This document shows positions 23,631 through 31,835 of a DNA stretch of 49,795 nt, in pieces. The first letter of the stretch is position 1. Every line of letters begins with the position of its first letter. The notes below the pieces were generated by a model that saw nothing but the letters and a program-made list of their open reading frames with translations, was not told the origin of the DNA and searched no databases. Where the stretch lies: positions 1 to 49,795 of the forward strand of contig CAXBRB010000001.1 of NCBI GenBank assembly GCA_963977795.1. Reading direction: 5' to 3'. The translations under genes and the position numbers were made by a program. This DNA comes from an uncultured Acidimicrobiaceae bacterium. Its GTDB lineage: Bacteria > Actinomycetota > Acidimicrobiia > Acidimicrobiales > RAAP-2.

Positions 23631-24361
23631 GGCCGCACGGCCATGGAGCGCACGGTGGCCACGAAGAGGTCGTCCCAGTAGGGCAGTCCCATCTGATTGG
23701 ACAGGAAGAAGGCAGCCGACCGACACCAGGCCCGGGGGCCGGCGGTCAGCACCCCGGCGTCGGCGCACGCCCGCAGCCGAACCCCGATCTCACGGATCTC
23801 GGGGTGGTCGCCGTCGTCGGACCGGTCCGGAAGATGCCACGGTCGATCCCGCCCCGACGCCTCGGGACCGTCGGGCAGCGCGGCGAGGATCTGGGACCAC
23901 ACGTCCCATCGCTCGTCGTCGTCGGCGAGCGCGCCATCCAGGAGGGCGCCCAACGCACCCCGCCACAGGACAGCACGGTGCTCCGGCGCCGCGTCCTCAG
24001 CCAGCACGGCGACGGCGGCCCGGGCGTGCGCGTCGAGGAGCCCGTGAGCGAGCTCCATCCCCACGCTCCCGCCGAACTTGTGCTCCTCGGCCTCGTACGT
24101 GGTGAGGCGGAAGCTGCGGACCTGGTTGCGGGCCTCTGCCTCGGCCAGCCAGGGCACCAGCCTGGCCACCAGCGAAGCGCCGTCATCGGCCGTCTCGAAC
24201 CGCAGCCGCACCCCGGGCGGCTTGCGGACGAACCAGAACCGACGGAGACCACCCTGGGTCCCGAGTCCGGAGATCTCGTCCCGGAGCTCCGCCCACGGGA
24301 AGCAGATGGGCTCCACGCCCTGCTGGGCGAAGACTGCGCAGCTGATCTGGGTCCACGTCAC
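23627..24361 (-). CDS. Lantibiotic dehydratase C-terminal (SpaB_C / thiopeptide-type elimination) domain protein
   Basis: 244 aa. RRFWFVRKPPGVRLRFE resembles the FF.RY.dP.pHLRLR signature of the elimination domain, and EEHKFGG is also present. The start overlaps the upstream stop by 4 nt. Confidence 0.75.
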   Translation of the reverse strand: MTWTQISCAVFAQQGVEPICFPWAELRDEISGLGTQGGLRRFWFVRKPPGVRLRFETADDGASLVARLVPWLAEAEARNQVRSFRLTTYEAEEHKFGGSVGMELAHGLLDAHARAAVAVLAEDAAPEHRAVLWRGALGALLDGALADDDERWDVWSQILAALPDGPEASGRDRPWHLPDRSDDGDHPEIREIGVRLRACADAGVLTAGPRAWCRSAAFFLSNQMGLPYWDDLFVATVRSMAVRP

Positions 24362-26085
24362 GGACGTTCCCTCCAGTACGACGGGTCGTGCCAGATGGCC
24401 CCGATCTCGGCAACGTACCGGCGACCGCTCCCGTCGGGAACGCCGGAGGGGGGCACCTCGCTGATCACGAGGCGGGCCGTCCCCGGGGGGACCCCGTTGA
24501 GCGCGGCACGGACGGCCAGCGGCGAGGACGTCCGCACGGGCAGCATCGGCCCATGGGGATGAGGGTCCCAGCGCACGTGGACGGCATCTGGCCAGCGGTT
24601 CTCACCGACGAGAGACTGCCACAGGAGGTACTGGGCTGCGCCGGTGGCCGTGAGCAGGTCGTCGAGTCGGTCCCCGTCGACTGTCCACCGCTCGGGGGAG
24701 AGGATGGCGCCACCGGGGAGGGTGAGCCGTGGCAGGTGCTTCCAGGTGGACCGCTCGCGCGGGAGTGCGGGGAACCCGAAGCCGGGGAGCTCCCACCCGA
24801 GTGACGACGCCGTGAGGGCCAGCAGACGGGAGAGGGGGTCCCTCGTCCCGATGGCGGCCGTGGAGTCGTAGGCCAGCACGGCCCGCACCCCGTCCTCCAC
24901 GAGGAACGGGGGATCCACGGCGACCGAGGAGAGGCCGGCGGCATCGAGGACCCGATCGGTCAGCGGAGCGACGGGCTCGCTGGTCTGCGGGCGGAGGGGA
25001 TCAGCACCCACGAGGCCGACCACCTCCAGGGGCCACGAGCGGTAGAGGTCCCGCACGGCCCGGGCGACCGGTGTGCGGGTGGCCAGGACCCCGGGATGGG
25101 GCCGGGATCCCCCGATCCACACGCCGGCGTCCGAGGGGGTGCAGACCACGGTGCCTGCCGGTCCGCCCCGGAAGGTCGGCTCGATGGCCACGGTCATGGA
25201 GGGTGCGGCGGCGTGCGGGCCGATCTCGTCCGTCCACTGTGCGATGGCCCGGTCGACCGCTGCAGCGGGGATCGGGCGGAGGCCGAAGACGCCCCGGGTG
25301 GTGTCGGGCTCGGCCGGCTGTGGCGGATAGAGGGCACCGTCGGCGATCATGTCGATCGTGGCGGCCCGGAACTGCTCGGCCCACCCGCCCCAGAAGCGGT
25401 GCTGCTCCTCGATGGCCAGGCCGATCTCCTGGCGGAGCCCGGTGCTCCACGTGAACCGGCACCCCGGAGCCGACCGGTCGATCGACCAGTCGTCCGCTCC
25501 TGGACCGACGACGCCGTCATGGGCCCAGCCGCCGAACGGGGTTGCCCGGCCGGCGGCGCGCAGGAGGAAGCGGGTCGCCGTGTCCTCGATCTTCGTGGTC
25601 CGTGCCCGGCCGTCGTCACCGTGCTCCAACAGCCGGGCCCAGTCGCGCCCGGCGCCCGGCGATGCAGCCTGCAGTGCCGTGCGGAACCGCTCGTCGGCCC
25701 CCAGCGCGTGCAGCCGGGAGCGCTGACGGTCCAGCTCGTGCTGGTAGGCCTCGTCAAAATCGGCCGTCAGGTCGGCCAGGCGGTTCCGCCGCCTTCGGTC
25801 TTCCTCGGCCGTCGCTGGGAGGTCGGTGCCGGCGGGGAGCGGCTGGCGGCCTCGGAAGGCGGTGCGGCGGGCGTCAAGGAGGGCCCGTCGGGTGGTCCGG
25901 TCGGAGGTGCCGGGGATGACCTCGCCCAGGGAGTCGACGACGGCGCCGCGGGCGGCATCCACGGCGTGGCGCAGCTGGCAGATGGCCGCTCCAGCACTGC
26001 GGAGTACCGGCGCCTCGAAGTCCACGATCTCGTCGAGCGCCCATGCGGCGACCCGACCGCTGGCGAAGGGCAGGACCTTGGGCAC
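24358..26085 (-). CDS. Lantibiotic dehydratase N-terminal (LanB glutamylation-type) domain protein, compact (575 aa)
   Basis: The RFLLRAAGRATPFGGWA motif (R..TPFG..A) and the overall layout fit the LanB N-terminal domain. I chose the GTG at 26085 because the longer ORF extension is Arg/Pro-rich and antisense to a well-supported MBL gene. Confidence 0.75.
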   Translation of the reverse strand: MPKVLPFASGRVAAWALDEIVDFEAPVLRSAGAAICQLRHAVDAARGAVVDSLGEVIPGTSDRTTRRALLDARRTAFRGRQPLPAGTDLPATAEEDRRRRNRLADLTADFDEAYQHELDRQRSRLHALGADERFRTALQAASPGAGRDWARLLEHGDDGRARTTKIEDTATRFLLRAAGRATPFGGWAHDGVVGPGADDWSIDRSAPGCRFTWSTGLRQEIGLAIEEQHRFWGGWAEQFRAATIDMIADGALYPPQPAEPDTTRGVFGLRPIPAAAVDRAIAQWTDEIGPHAAAPSMTVAIEPTFRGGPAGTVVCTPSDAGVWIGGSRPHPGVLATRTPVARAVRDLYRSWPLEVVGLVGADPLRPQTSEPVAPLTDRVLDAAGLSSVAVDPPFLVEDGVRAVLAYDSTAAIGTRDPLSRLLALTASSLGWELPGFGFPALPRERSTWKHLPRLTLPGGAILSPERWTVDGDRLDDLLTATGAAQYLLWQSLVGENRWPDAVHVRWDPHPHGPMLPVRTSSPLAVRAALNGVPPGTARLVISEVPPSGVPDGSGRRYVAEIGAIWHDPSYWRERP

Positions 26086-26094
26086 GGGTCCATA

Positions 26095-27546
26095 ATGACT
26101 GATGTGCGTCTGCAGCCGGATGTCGAACTCGTGGTGTCGATTGACGACGCAACGCCGTTCGGCTCGCCGATCGGTGCCCGACCCGAGCAGACCGTCCGGG
26201 AGGCGCTCGGGCCCATCGTCCGCCTCGTCGAGCGAGGGGGCCCCGATGCGGTCAGCCGGAGGAGCCGGGCCGCCCTCGTCGAGGCGGCAGGCCAGGAGGC
26301 GTTCCGGGCGATCGCTGCGCCGTCGGGCGGGGCCTGGGACGTCCGGGAGGCGTTCCGCTTCCCCGATCCGCTGCTGGCACGGCACGGAGCCCTCGATCTG
26401 GTCCGGGCCGGCACGAGCCTGCGGATCGGTGTCGAGCCCGGGCGGTGGGACCGTCTCCACGCCGCGCTGGCCCGTCCAGACATCTCCTCGCCTCTCGGGA
26501 AGGTGCTGTGGGAGCACGATCTTGTCGATGACGGGGAGAGCGAGACGGACCGGATGGACGCCGACCTGACCTTCGTCGGGCACAACACCGTGGTCGTCCG
26601 GGGCCCGCGGGCTTCGGTGATGGTCGACCCGTACTTCCGCCCAGCGGAGGCACGGTGGCCGACGGGCTACCAGCCGCTCGGTCCCGGTCAGCTCGGAGAC
26701 GTAGACGCCGTGCTCATCACCCACTCGCACCCTGACCACTTCGACCCGGCCAGCCTCCTGCGGATCGATCCGGACACGCGTGTGGTGGTCCCGGTGCTCG
26801 AGCGGGAGACCGTGCTGGCGGTCGATCTGGTCCGCCGCCTCTGGGAGCTGGGCTTCGCCGACGTGGTGGCGCTGGGATGGTGGCAGTCGATCACCGTGGG
26901 CGACCTCGAGATCACGGCGCTCCCCTTCTACGGGGAGCAGCCCACCGACGGGCCGGTGCTCCACCCCGAGATCAGGAACGCCGGCAACACCTATGTGGTG
27001 CGGACCCCGGGGTGGTCCGCCGCCTTCCTCGCCGATTCGGGTCGGGACCATCTCGGCGACGTCCGCGGCGTGGCCGACCGGTGGCACGCAGAGCATGGTC
27101 CTGTCGACGTCGTCTTCGGGGGGTATCGGGGCTGGTTCTCGTACCCGGCGGCGTTGGTGACCTCCTCGGTCGCCCGGTACCTCCCCTTCGTGCCCCCGGA
27201 GCAGTGGCAGGTGCGCCAGCAGCTCATGAACGGGCCGTCCGAGCTGATCGATGCCGCCGAGCGGTTCGGCGCCCGGTGGGTGGTCCCCTACGCAGACGGC
27301 GGGGCACCTTGGTTCTGGGAGATCGGCCTGGGGCCACGGCTCGATGGAGACCCGAGGGAGTCGCCGTCGTTCGACCCCTTCCCGGAACGTGTCGTCGAGG
27401 CCGCCGCCTCCCGCATGGTCATGGGGGGCGGGTTCCCGATGACGGGCTCGGTGGATGTCGTGGTGCTCCGGCCGGGCGACGGCGTCACCGGGCTGCCTGG
27501 GGCGATGACGACGGTGCGGCTGGACGGGCACGCCTGGCCCTGGTGA
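26095..27546 (+). CDS. MBL-fold metallo-hydrolase family protein with a ~165-aa N-terminal extension
   Basis: VLITHSHPDHFDPASL (HxHxDH) follows LTFVGHNTVVV. It resembles the MBL portion of the 15859-18336 fusion protein. ATG at 26095. Confidence 0.8.
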   Translation: MTDVRLQPDVELVVSIDDATPFGSPIGARPEQTVREALGPIVRLVERGGPDAVSRRSRAALVEAAGQEAFRAIAAPSGGAWDVREAFRFPDPLLARHGALDLVRAGTSLRIGVEPGRWDRLHAALARPDISSPLGKVLWEHDLVDDGESETDRMDADLTFVGHNTVVVRGPRASVMVDPYFRPAEARWPTGYQPLGPGQLGDVDAVLITHSHPDHFDPASLLRIDPDTRVVVPVLERETVLAVDLVRRLWELGFADVVALGWWQSITVGDLEITALPFYGEQPTDGPVLHPEIRNAGNTYVVRTPGWSAAFLADSGRDHLGDVRGVADRWHAEHGPVDVVFGGYRGWFSYPAALVTSSVARYLPFVPPEQWQVRQQLMNGPSELIDAAERFGARWVVPYADGGAPWFWEIGLGPRLDGDPRESPSFDPFPERVVEAAASRMVMGGGFPMTGSVDVVVLRPGDGVTGLPGAMTTVRLDGHAWPW

Positions 27547-27568
27547 CCGTGGGCGGCTCCGGGCGCGG

Positions 27569-27607
27569 ACGGGCGGCGCCCCGGAGGACGCCGCCCGTTG
27601 CCCTTTC
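27569..27607. terminator. Terminator hairpin with a T-rich tail, between the MBL gene and the convergent secreted-protein gene
   Basis: 10-bp stem ACGGGCGGCG / CGCCGCCCGT with a 10-nt loop, followed by TGCCCTTTCT. Confidence 0.65.
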
Positions 27608-27621
27608 TGGTGATGGGCCGA

Positions 27622-28056
27622 TCAGCCCAGGCACGACCAGTAGGTGAAGGCCGCTGCGTTGGACACCCAGCCGGTGGTGGCGTCCTTGGCGGTGACGGTG
27701 CCGCTGTCGCAGGCGGAGACGGGCAGGGCGATGGAACCGGTGGCGTCCGCCTTGACCGTGATGATGGTGGTGGTCGGGGTCTTGTAGTAGTGGTTGGTGT
27801 ACGTCGACGTCACCGTGACCGAGCCGCCAGGGGTGAACTGACGCCCCGTCACCTGGTAGCCCATGAAGTACGAGGTGATCGGCGTCACGCTGATGACCGG
27901 GCAGGTGCCGGTGAAGGTCCGGGAACCGAGCACGCAGGCCTGCATGGTGTAGGTGGCCGCTCCGGCAGGGGCGGCGAGGGCAGCGGCGCCTCCGGTGGCG
28001 AGCGTACCGGCGACGGCGACGGCGGCGAGGGCGGTGGTGATGCGGTTGCGGTTCAT
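27622..28056 (-). CDS. Small secreted protein with four Cys, unknown function
   Basis: Signal peptide MNRNRITTALAAVAVAGTLATGGAAALAAPAGA. Strong RBS AAGGAGAA lies upstream of the ATG at 28056. The mature part is about 110 aa and is Thr/Ser/Tyr-rich. Confidence 0.7.
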   Translation of the reverse strand: MNRNRITTALAAVAVAGTLATGGAAALAAPAGAATYTMQACVLGSRTFTGTCPVISVTPITSYFMGYQVTGRQFTPGGSVTVTSTYTNHYYKTPTTTIITVKADATGSIALPVSACDSGTVTAKDATTGWVSNAAAFTYWSCLG

Positions 28057-28187
28057 CAGAGGTTCTCCTTGAGGGTTCGTGGTCGTCCGATCTGGACAAC
28101 AGCACTCTGAACGGCGGGAACCGGGCCGTCCGTCGTTCCGGCGACGCACGGACTGTCGTCGACCCGACGTCCACGGAGGAGCGCAGA

Positions 28188-29537
28188 ATGATGGGGGCGC
28201 AGCCCGTGCCGGGCCGGGCGCCTACGATCCCGCCCATGGCACCTGAGGGCTTTCCGGACAACCGCCTGCCGGCACAGGGTCTGACCGCCGGGGACGTCCT
28301 GGCCCGTATGGAGGAGCTCCGGCGGGACGACCGGGACTGGCGGGGCGGCCGGGTGTTCAGCCTCGTCTACACGGCCGGCGACGACGTCCTCGACCTGCTC
28401 GGGCAGGCCGCCGGGATGTACTCGGCCGAGAACGCCCTCAACACCCTGGTCTTCCCCAGCCTGGGGTGGATGCAGCACGACATCGTGACCATCACCACCG
28501 GCCTGCTGGGCGGCGACGCGCTCGCCGACGACGAGCGCACCGGCGTCCGGGGCTACCTGACCTCGGGGGGTACCGAGTCGCTCCTCCAGGCCACCCGGAC
28601 GGCCCGGGACTGGGGCCGGGCAGCGCGGGGCATCGACCGGCCGAACATGGTCCTGGCCACCAGCGCCCACGCCGCCTTCGAGAAGGCGGCCCACTGGTTC
28701 GACGTGGAGTCCCGCCGGGTGCCGGTCGGGCCCGACGGGGCCGCCGACGTGGAGGCCATGGCGGTGGCCATGGACGAGAGCACCGTGCTGGTGGTGGGCT
28801 CGGCGCCGTCGTATCCGCAGGGGGTCATCGACCCCATCCCCGACCTGGCCGCCCTGGCCGCCGAGCGGGGCGTGCTCTGCCACGTGGACGCCTGCCTGGG
28901 CGGGTTCCTGCTGCCCTTCCTCGGCCGTCTCGGCTACGTGTCCAAGCGGTGGGACCTCTCGGTACCCGGGGTCACCTCCATCTCGGCCGACCTCCACAAG
29001 TACGGGTACGCCTCCAAGGGGGTCTCGGTCGTCCTCTACCGGACCCCCGAGCTCGGCCGGCTCCAGCCCTTCGTGACCGACCGGTGGCTGGGCGGCTTCT
29101 ACGGCTCCCCGGCCATGGCCGGGACGAGGCCGGCCGGGCCCATCGCCGCGGGATGGGCCGTCCTCCACCACCTGGGCGAGGACGGCTACCTCCGCCTGGC
29201 CGGCGACGCCCACCGGGCCGCCGAGGCCATCAAGGGGGCTATTGCCGCCTCTCCCCACCTGACCCTGCGGGGGGAACCCGACCTCACCGTCTTCGCCTTC
29301 GGGGGCGTCGAGGGGGACGGGGGGATCGACACCTTCGCCCTCGGTGACGGCCTGGCCGCCCGGGGCGGGTGGTTCTTCGACCGCCAGACGCCTCCCGACA
29401 GCCTCCATGCCACGGTGCACGCGGGCCATGCCGCGGTGGCCGACGAGCTGTGCACCGACCTGGCGGCGGTGGCCGACGAGCTGGCCGAGAGCGGCGCCCG
29501 GGCGGCCGACCGCTCCACCACCTACGGCACCACCTGA
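28188..29537 (+). CDS. PLP-dependent group II decarboxylase / sphingosine-1-phosphate-lyase-like enzyme
   Basis: TSGGTESLL and HVDACLGGF, with the PLP-lysine context SADLHKYGYA. 449 aa. The start may instead be the internal Met at 28236. Confidence 0.8.
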   Translation: MMGAQPVPGRAPTIPPMAPEGFPDNRLPAQGLTAGDVLARMEELRRDDRDWRGGRVFSLVYTAGDDVLDLLGQAAGMYSAENALNTLVFPSLGWMQHDIVTITTGLLGGDALADDERTGVRGYLTSGGTESLLQATRTARDWGRAARGIDRPNMVLATSAHAAFEKAAHWFDVESRRVPVGPDGAADVEAMAVAMDESTVLVVGSAPSYPQGVIDPIPDLAALAAERGVLCHVDACLGGFLLPFLGRLGYVSKRWDLSVPGVTSISADLHKYGYASKGVSVVLYRTPELGRLQPFVTDRWLGGFYGSPAMAGTRPAGPIAAGWAVLHHLGEDGYLRLAGDAHRAAEAIKGAIAASPHLTLRGEPDLTVFAFGGVEGDGGIDTFALGDGLAARGGWFFDRQTPPDSLHATVHAGHAAVADELCTDLAAVADELAESGARAADRSTTYGTT

Positions 29538-29728
29538 TCCCGGGGGCCGGGCGGGAGGGCGGCATCCGTCCGGACGTCGGCGGTCTGGACGGCCGGTCCT
29601 GCACGGGCGCACCGGTGTGTCGGCACCGTGACACACCGTCCGTCGTGCCGGCGGCGGTGACGGGGCCAGGGAAGGCGCACGCTGTCGGTGGTCCAGAGCG
29701 GACCCCCGATAGGACAAGGAGCACCACC

Positions 29729-30172
29729 ATGAAGCGCAACCGCATCGCCGCCGCACTCGCCGCAGTCGCCACCACCGCCGGCCTCTCGCTGGCCGGGGCC
29801 GCTGTGGTGGCCCAGCCCGCCGGGGCCATCACCTCGGCCCTCAACTACAACTACTTCGCCCCGGCCCTCTACTGCCAGTCCCATGCCCCCTCGGCCACGC
29901 TGACCCAGTCGTACGGCGGGATGTCGGGCAGCCTTCCCATCACCAACCTCACCTACAGCGGCTCGTGCTGGTCGGCCAGCCCGGCCTACCTGTCGGTCAC
30001 GTTCGTCGACAAGGTCACCAAGTCCGTCCTCACCTCGTCCTACTTCACCGTGATGCCCGACAACCAGGGCTCCTTCTACGGAACCCAGAAGATCGTCTTC
30101 GCCAACCCGAACAACGGGGTGTGCATGATCTTCACCGACTCGGTCACCAAGATCTCGGTCACGGCCTGCTGA
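29729..30172 (+). CDS. Small secreted protein with four Cys, unknown function
   Basis: Signal peptide MKRNRIAAALAAVATTAGLSLAGAAVVAQPAGA resembles that of the 27622-28056 protein. AAGGAG lies upstream of the start. Confidence 0.7.
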   Translation: MKRNRIAAALAAVATTAGLSLAGAAVVAQPAGAITSALNYNYFAPALYCQSHAPSATLTQSYGGMSGSLPITNLTYSGSCWSASPAYLSVTFVDKVTKSVLTSSYFTVMPDNQGSFYGTQKIVFANPNNGVCMIFTDSVTKISVTAC

Positions 30173-30199
30173 ACGTTTCGGCCGACCTGGTCCAAGCAC

Positions 30200-30225
30200 G
30201 GAGGGCGCCCTGCGGGGCGCCCTCC
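30200..30225. terminator. Terminator hairpin between convergent genes
   Basis: 11-bp stem GGAGGGCGCCC / GGGCGCCCTCC with loop TGCG. Confidence 0.55.
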
Positions 30226-30259
30226 GGCGCGTCCGGATGTCGCCCGTGCACCCGTCGGC

Positions 30260-30724
30260 TCAGTGCTCGCCCTTGATCTTGAAGTAGGTGCCCCGGATGG
30301 TGCCGGCAAGTGCCGACTTCATGCGGGCGAACTTGAACCGCTCGACCAGCTCGGCCGGGACGTCCATCCCGTCGGACAGCTTGAAGCCCACGGCCCGGTC
30401 GGACGGGTTCTCGAGGGACCACAGCACGTTGACGGCCAGCCCGCTCTCGTAGAAGACGTAGGTCCACCGCACGCCGGGGACGTCGACCTCGGCCACCTCG
30501 AGCGGGGGCGAGGCGATGATGATGTCCCGCTCGTCGGCCAGGATCCCGGTGACCCAGGCCAGGGACTCCGGGGCGTCGGCGGCCGGGCTGACGGCGAAGG
30601 GCACGCCGTGCTTGTTGTGGAAGTAGCGGGCCTCGTGGGCCCGCAGGCCGGCCAGGGCCTCGGCCACCGGGGACGACTCGAGCCCGGTGGTGGAGACGAC
30701 GTCGAAGGCGACGGGGACGGGCAC
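30260..30724 (-). CDS. Hypothetical cytoplasmic protein (154 aa)
   Basis: Composition is protein-like (…HNKHGVPFAVSP…VRWTYVFYESGLAVNVLWSLENP…FKIKGEH). GAGGAG lies 7 nt upstream of the GTG at 30724. The longer ORF extension overlaps the BKACE gene. Confidence 0.55.
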   Translation of the reverse strand: MPVPVAFDVVSTTGLESSPVAEALAGLRAHEARYFHNKHGVPFAVSPAADAPESLAWVTGILADERDIIIASPPLEVAEVDVPGVRWTYVFYESGLAVNVLWSLENPSDRAVGFKLSDGMDVPAELVERFKFARMKSALAGTIRGTYFKIKGEH

Positions 30725-30825
30725 GGGCGCTCCTCGGATCGGGGGACCGGCGGAGCGTAGCGAGGTGCGGGCCGGTCGGCCGCTGAAGATCCGGGAGCGG
30801 GTCCCCGGCGCCTCGCTCCTCGGGA

Positions 30826-31707
30826 TCAGCGTGGGGTGAGCCCCAGGATCAGGCGGGCCTCCGCCGGGGTGGCCGCCCGGCGCCCGGTCTCCTCCACGAC
30901 CATCACCGCCCGCTCCACCAGGGCGGCGTTCGACGGGGCCAGGCGGCCCCGGTCGAGGTAGAGGTTGTCCTCCAGGCCCACCCGGACGTGCCCACCCCGG
31001 GACGCGGCGATGGCCACCATGGGCATCTGGTGGCGGGAGATCCCGAAAGCCGACCACGTGGCCCCCGGGGGCAGGAGGTCGCGGAGCAGATCGACCACGG
31101 CCTCGGTGGCCGGGAGGGCCCAGTCGAGCCCCAGGCAGAATTGGAAGTGGCCGGGGCCGGGGATGTGGCCGGTCTCGATCAGGTGGGCGGCCAGGCGGAG
31201 GTGGCCCACCTCGAAGACCTCGAGCTCGGGGAGGGATCCGGCCTCCCGCATCCGGGCGGCCATGGCCCGCACGTGGGAAGGCAGGCCGAGGTAGGCGACC
31301 TCGCCCAGGTTGAAGGTGGCCACGTCCAGGCTGCACATCTCCGGTCGGAGCTCGACGATGTGGCGGGTGCGCTCCTCGGGGCCGGTGAGGTTGCACCCCG
31401 GGTCGGCCACCCGGGGATCGTCGGCGCTGGGCAGGAACCGGCCGCCCCACCCGGTGGTGAGGTTGACGATCACGTCCGATCCCGATGCGCCGATCTCCTC
31501 GACCACCTGGCGGTAGTGGGCCACGTCGCTGGAGGGGGCCCCGGTCTCGGGGTCGCGCACGTGGATGTGCACCACGGCCGCCCCGGCGGAGGCCGCCTCG
31601 AGCGCCGAGGCGGCGATCTCCTGGGGGGTCACCGGGACGGCCGGGCTCTGGGTGTGGGTGGGAGCCGACCCGGTGACGGCACAGGTGACGATGGTGGGCG
31701 CAGCCAT
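30826..31707 (-). CDS. 3-keto-5-aminohexanoate cleavage enzyme family (BKACE/DUF849) protein
   Basis: IVTCAVTGS....P..P.TP.EIA.....A..AGAAVVHIHVRD and GGHVRVGLEDNLY. ATG at 31707. Confidence 0.85.
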   Translation of the reverse strand: MAAPTIVTCAVTGSAPTHTQSPAVPVTPQEIAASALEAASAGAAVVHIHVRDPETGAPSSDVAHYRQVVEEIGASGSDVIVNLTTGWGGRFLPSADDPRVADPGCNLTGPEERTRHIVELRPEMCSLDVATFNLGEVAYLGLPSHVRAMAARMREAGSLPELEVFEVGHLRLAAHLIETGHIPGPGHFQFCLGLDWALPATEAVVDLLRDLLPPGATWSAFGISRHQMPMVAIAASRGGHVRVGLEDNLYLDRGRLAPSNAALVERAVMVVEETGRRAATPAEARLILGLTPR

Positions 31708-31835
31708 GGCCGGGACGGTAGCGGGCGCCGGGCCGCCGCGCACCGCCGTCCCATGGGCCATGATCGTCGGGTCCGTCCCGGCCGCCACCCCGGCACCGGA
31801 GCGGCGCACCGGCGTACGGGGAGGGAGAGCGAGCG

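Noticed and set aside
25096-26094. N-terminal 333-aa extension of the 816-aa plus-strand ORF
   Set aside because: It is antisense to the LanB-N coding region and has a Gly/Arg/Pro-rich composition that does not look like protein. The Met at 26095 starts the plausible MBL protein.
24358-27531. 1057-aa minus-strand ORF as a full-length LanB
   Set aside because: Only the C-terminal 575 aa look like protein and carry LanB-N motifs. The upstream part is Arg/Pro/His-rich and antisense to the MBL-fold gene (26095-27546), which has clear HxHxDH motifs.
15859-27546. Interpreting the cluster as a thiopeptide, a thioamitide, or a class III/IV lanthipeptide system
   Set aside because: Thiopeptide: there is no azoline-forming partner (E1/Ocin-ThiF-like), no dehydrogenase and no [4+2] pyridine synthase, and the core has only one Cys. 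Thioamitide: there is no phosphotransferase/HopA1-lyase pair and no LanD, and the Cys is not C-terminal. Class III/IV: the only kinase (14616-15674) is a stand-alone Hanks kinase with no lyase or cyclase domain.
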